Assembly: GCA_030141605.1 (NCBI GenBank)
Contig: JAQGDQ010001837.1
Location: 1 to 23,655 of the forward strand
DNA length: 23,655 nt
Direction: 5' to 3'
From: Tubiluchus corallicola
Taxonomy: Eukaryota > Animalia > Priapulida
In this document: piece by piece, positions 20,689-23,655 of the stretch
How the letters are laid out: the number at the start of each line of letters is the position of its first letter
How positions within the stretch are numbered: the first letter of the stretch is position 1
Position numbers and translations under genes: made by a program
Notes under the pieces: model-generated
What the model saw: the letters and a program-made list of their open reading frames with translations, nothing else
Databases searched by the model: none
Told to the model about the DNA's origin: nothing

Positions 20689-21680
20689 TCAGGAACAATA
20701 ACAGCAAACAACAACAGTAACGGCAATAACAGCAAGAACAACAGCCTCAAAAACAATGACACCGAGCAACAGCAATCCACACAAATTTAACATACTATTG
20801 AGTAGCTCATGTAATTACAGTCATGCTATGGGCAAAATTTACTCCAATATTAAACAAAACTTCAACATACATAAAACTACGTACAAGATGAGAAAGATGA
20901 ATACGATTCATTAGGAAAATGACGTAATTCATGCATGGTTTATCAAATATAACGAGCGGCGCTTCACTAGCTACTCTGTACCTGATAATCAGCTAAAATT
21001 ACTGCAAACTTTTAATGAGCACAAAACCATATTTACGTTTACGCTTTTCGTTATTATTACATAAGGTCATTGTAATTAGTTAAACGGTTTTCACTTCCCA
21101 ACACACAAAGAAGTAATGCGATTAAGCTCATTATTACAAGCACCATTAGGGACCACCCGAATAACTGAACTTTGCTTAAGCGTCTCAGTGATGCAGTAAC
21201 ACTAAGTTATTGTTTGTAGGCTTATGTAACAACTACCTTATATGGTTGTTCAAATAACAGGGAATTCCATCCAAATGTTACCTTTGCCAAAAATTGAGGA
21301 TCAAGTAAAATACTGGGTTAAGTGACAGGGTAGATTTTTAGTTAGTTAAAATGTAAGGCAGAAGTTTTGAATATCCCACATACGAACACGATCATACTTA
21401 CTCAAATCATAATTTCATTTTTCCTAGACCCTTACTAAACTAGTTTATATTTTATTTTTGAATTTCTAGTTGCACTTATAGTTTAACTTGCACCAGACAC
21501 ATTTGCCCAGAACAGTGTATGTTTTTTATATGAACTAACACTGATTGTCTGTCTTTTATTATAATTGACCGTGTTGTATATATACTCTTATATCATGACA
21601 CAGTGCAGAATTATCGGTCTGCAAATAGAAGCCTTGCATGTATATACATATATATATATTGTGCAAATAAAGATTTATAA

Positions 21681-21688
21681 TCATCATC

Positions 21689-21762
<74 letters not shown>

Positions 21763-21796
21763 CATCATCATCGTCGTCGTCGTCGTCGTCGTCGTC

Positions 21797-21836
<40 letters not shown>
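21681..21836. repeat. (ATC)n/(GTC)n microsatellite
   Basis: Direct reading. Confidence 0.98.
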
Positions 21837-22283
21837 TTTTTAGTTGCAGGAAATTCCATATATTGAAATAACATGGTGTGTGTCAAGCAAACAATGGGTG
21901 ATTTACATTAATTTATTACGAATTTATGCATATTTTGTACAAATATAGATTTATCACCATCAGCATCATCAACTCCTCTTTGAGGATTCATAATCGCAAA
22001 AAACGATGCCAAATTAAAACATCAGTATTTGAGATCCGAACCCACAACCATCTGACTCTCTGTCTGACTAACACGACTCAATCGACCTGCTGGATATTTA
22101 CAAAAAACATTGAAACAAGACGCTGCTTCGTCTGACGTCGACATACAGATAAACCAAGTCAACAAGTTTCAACACGAAAATAACAATGACATCATAATAT
22201 TGTAAAGCTTACATAGACTTTTACAACACAACACCCATATGATAACATTTATAAAGACACATTTACCAAGGCGCCTGTGTGGT

Positions 22284-22306
22284 TGTGTGTGTGTGTGTGT
22301 GTGTGT
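22284..22306. repeat. (GT)n microsatellite
   Basis: Direct reading. Confidence 0.9.
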
Positions 22307-22777
22307 TACACAGCAGCACGGGTGGCTGGTTGACTCGTGACACGAGACCTCGTAGGTTTTATTACTGTAAAATAACATCGTAAGGAAGTCGTAACAATCA
22401 ATTTATGTTTGGTAATCGACTCCGTGGTTTTTGGCAGTGACAGCGACAAAAGAAGAAAAATGGAACGAGCAGAAAAAGTGGCACAACCTGTTAAAGAGCA
22501 ACACGTGACTAAACGCAGAGCACCGAATAATCACGCAGAGTATTTAGTGAATATAACAATATGGATTCCAGAACCCCTGGGAAAAAATGATGTTTGAATG
22601 AAAAGGACTTTTTTAATTTTCTCAGAAAACACAAGCACGGGATCTTTCATAACAGTTCTGTCTCATTCTTTCTTTTCAATCCCTCAAATTTTCCTTTCTT
22701 TTGCATTTGCTGCCTCTTTCTTTCTGCATTAGCCTTCCACTCTTATTCACTTCCCTACCTTCCCTTAATAATGCTTA

Positions 22778-23655
22778 GCTACTTTACTCCACCTTACTTC
22801 ACTTCACTCCACTCCAACTACTCTAGTTTACTCCACCTTACTTCACTCTATCCATTCTACTTTACTCCACATTACTTCACTTCACTCCACTCCAACTACT
22901 CTAGTTTACTCCACTTTACTTCACTCCATCAATTCTACTTTACTCCACCTCACTTCACTTTACTCCATCCACTTTGCTCCACCTTACTTCACTCCATTCC
23001 ATCCATTCTACTTTGCACCACCTTACTTCACTTCACTCCATCCATTCTGCTTTACTTCACGTTAGTTCACTCCACTCCAACCATTCTACTTTACTCCACC
23101 TTACTTCACTTTACTCCATCCACTTTACTCCACCTTACTTCACTCCACACCATCCATTCTACTTTGCTTCACCTTACTTCACTCCACTCCAACCATTCTA
23201 CTTTACTTCACCTTACTTCACTCCACTCCACTCCATCCATTCTACTTTACTTCACCTTAGTTCGCTCCACTCCATCCATTCTACTTTACTCCACCTTACT
23301 TCACTCCATTCCATCCATTCTACTTTGCACCACCTTACTTCACTTCACTCCATCCATTCTGCTTTACTTCACGTTAGTTCACTCCACTCCAACCATTCTA
23401 CTTTACTCCACCTTACTTCACTTTACTCCATCCACTTTACTCCACCTTACTTCACTCCATTCCATCCATTCTACTTTGCACCACCTTACTTCACTTCACT
23501 CCATCCATTCTGCTTTACTTCACGTTAGTTCACTCCACTCCAACCATTCTACTTTACTCCACCTTACTTCACTTTACTCCATCCACTTTACTCCACCTTA
23601 CTTCACTCCATTCCATCCATTCTACTTTGCACCACCTTACTTCACTTCACTCCAT
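22778..23655 (+). repeat. Pentamer-derived satellite, ~34-44 bp monomer, 151-bp higher-order repeat; runs off the window
   Basis: Monomer ctactttactccaccttacttcactccactccatccatt; the marker cacgttagtt recurs at 23058, 23370 and 23521. Confidence 0.95.

Larger units (their letters stand above)
17259..21563. mobile_element. Foldback-like segment with ~1.1 kb inverted arms and candidate 9-bp TSD
   Basis: 17259-~18317 is the reverse complement of ~20464-21563. Flanks attgaccat (17250-17258) / attgaccgt (21564-21572). The inverted repeat is certain; the transposon interpretation is inferred. Confidence 0.6.

Overview
AT-rich, non-coding eukaryotic DNA, probably from an invertebrate animal. No intact protein-coding gene is recognisable. 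The window is a nest of transposon remnants and tandem repeats. The best-supported unusual item is a 5S rRNA-headed retroposon (SINE3-type) in three copies with a common 3' end and progressive 5' truncation (3637-4184, 13340-13835, 14668-14962); its body resembles the 5'UTR and 3' end of RTE-clade LINEs. The second is a 4.3 kb segment (17259-21563) bounded by near-identical ~1.1 kb inverted arms and a candidate 9-bp target duplication. Also present: three families of TTAA-flanked Kolobok-like non-autonomous elements (one with its terminus amplified into a 72-bp array), a piggyBac-like MITE, a hAT-like MITE, two LTR-like elements with AGT...ACT ends, two truncated CR1/L2-group LINE 3' ends, two older 5S-derived relics, microsatellites, and a pentamer-based satellite with a 151-bp higher-order period. 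One tract (1096-1250) looks like an assembly consensus artefact. Family names come from visual pattern recognition and recalled consensus features, not database searches.
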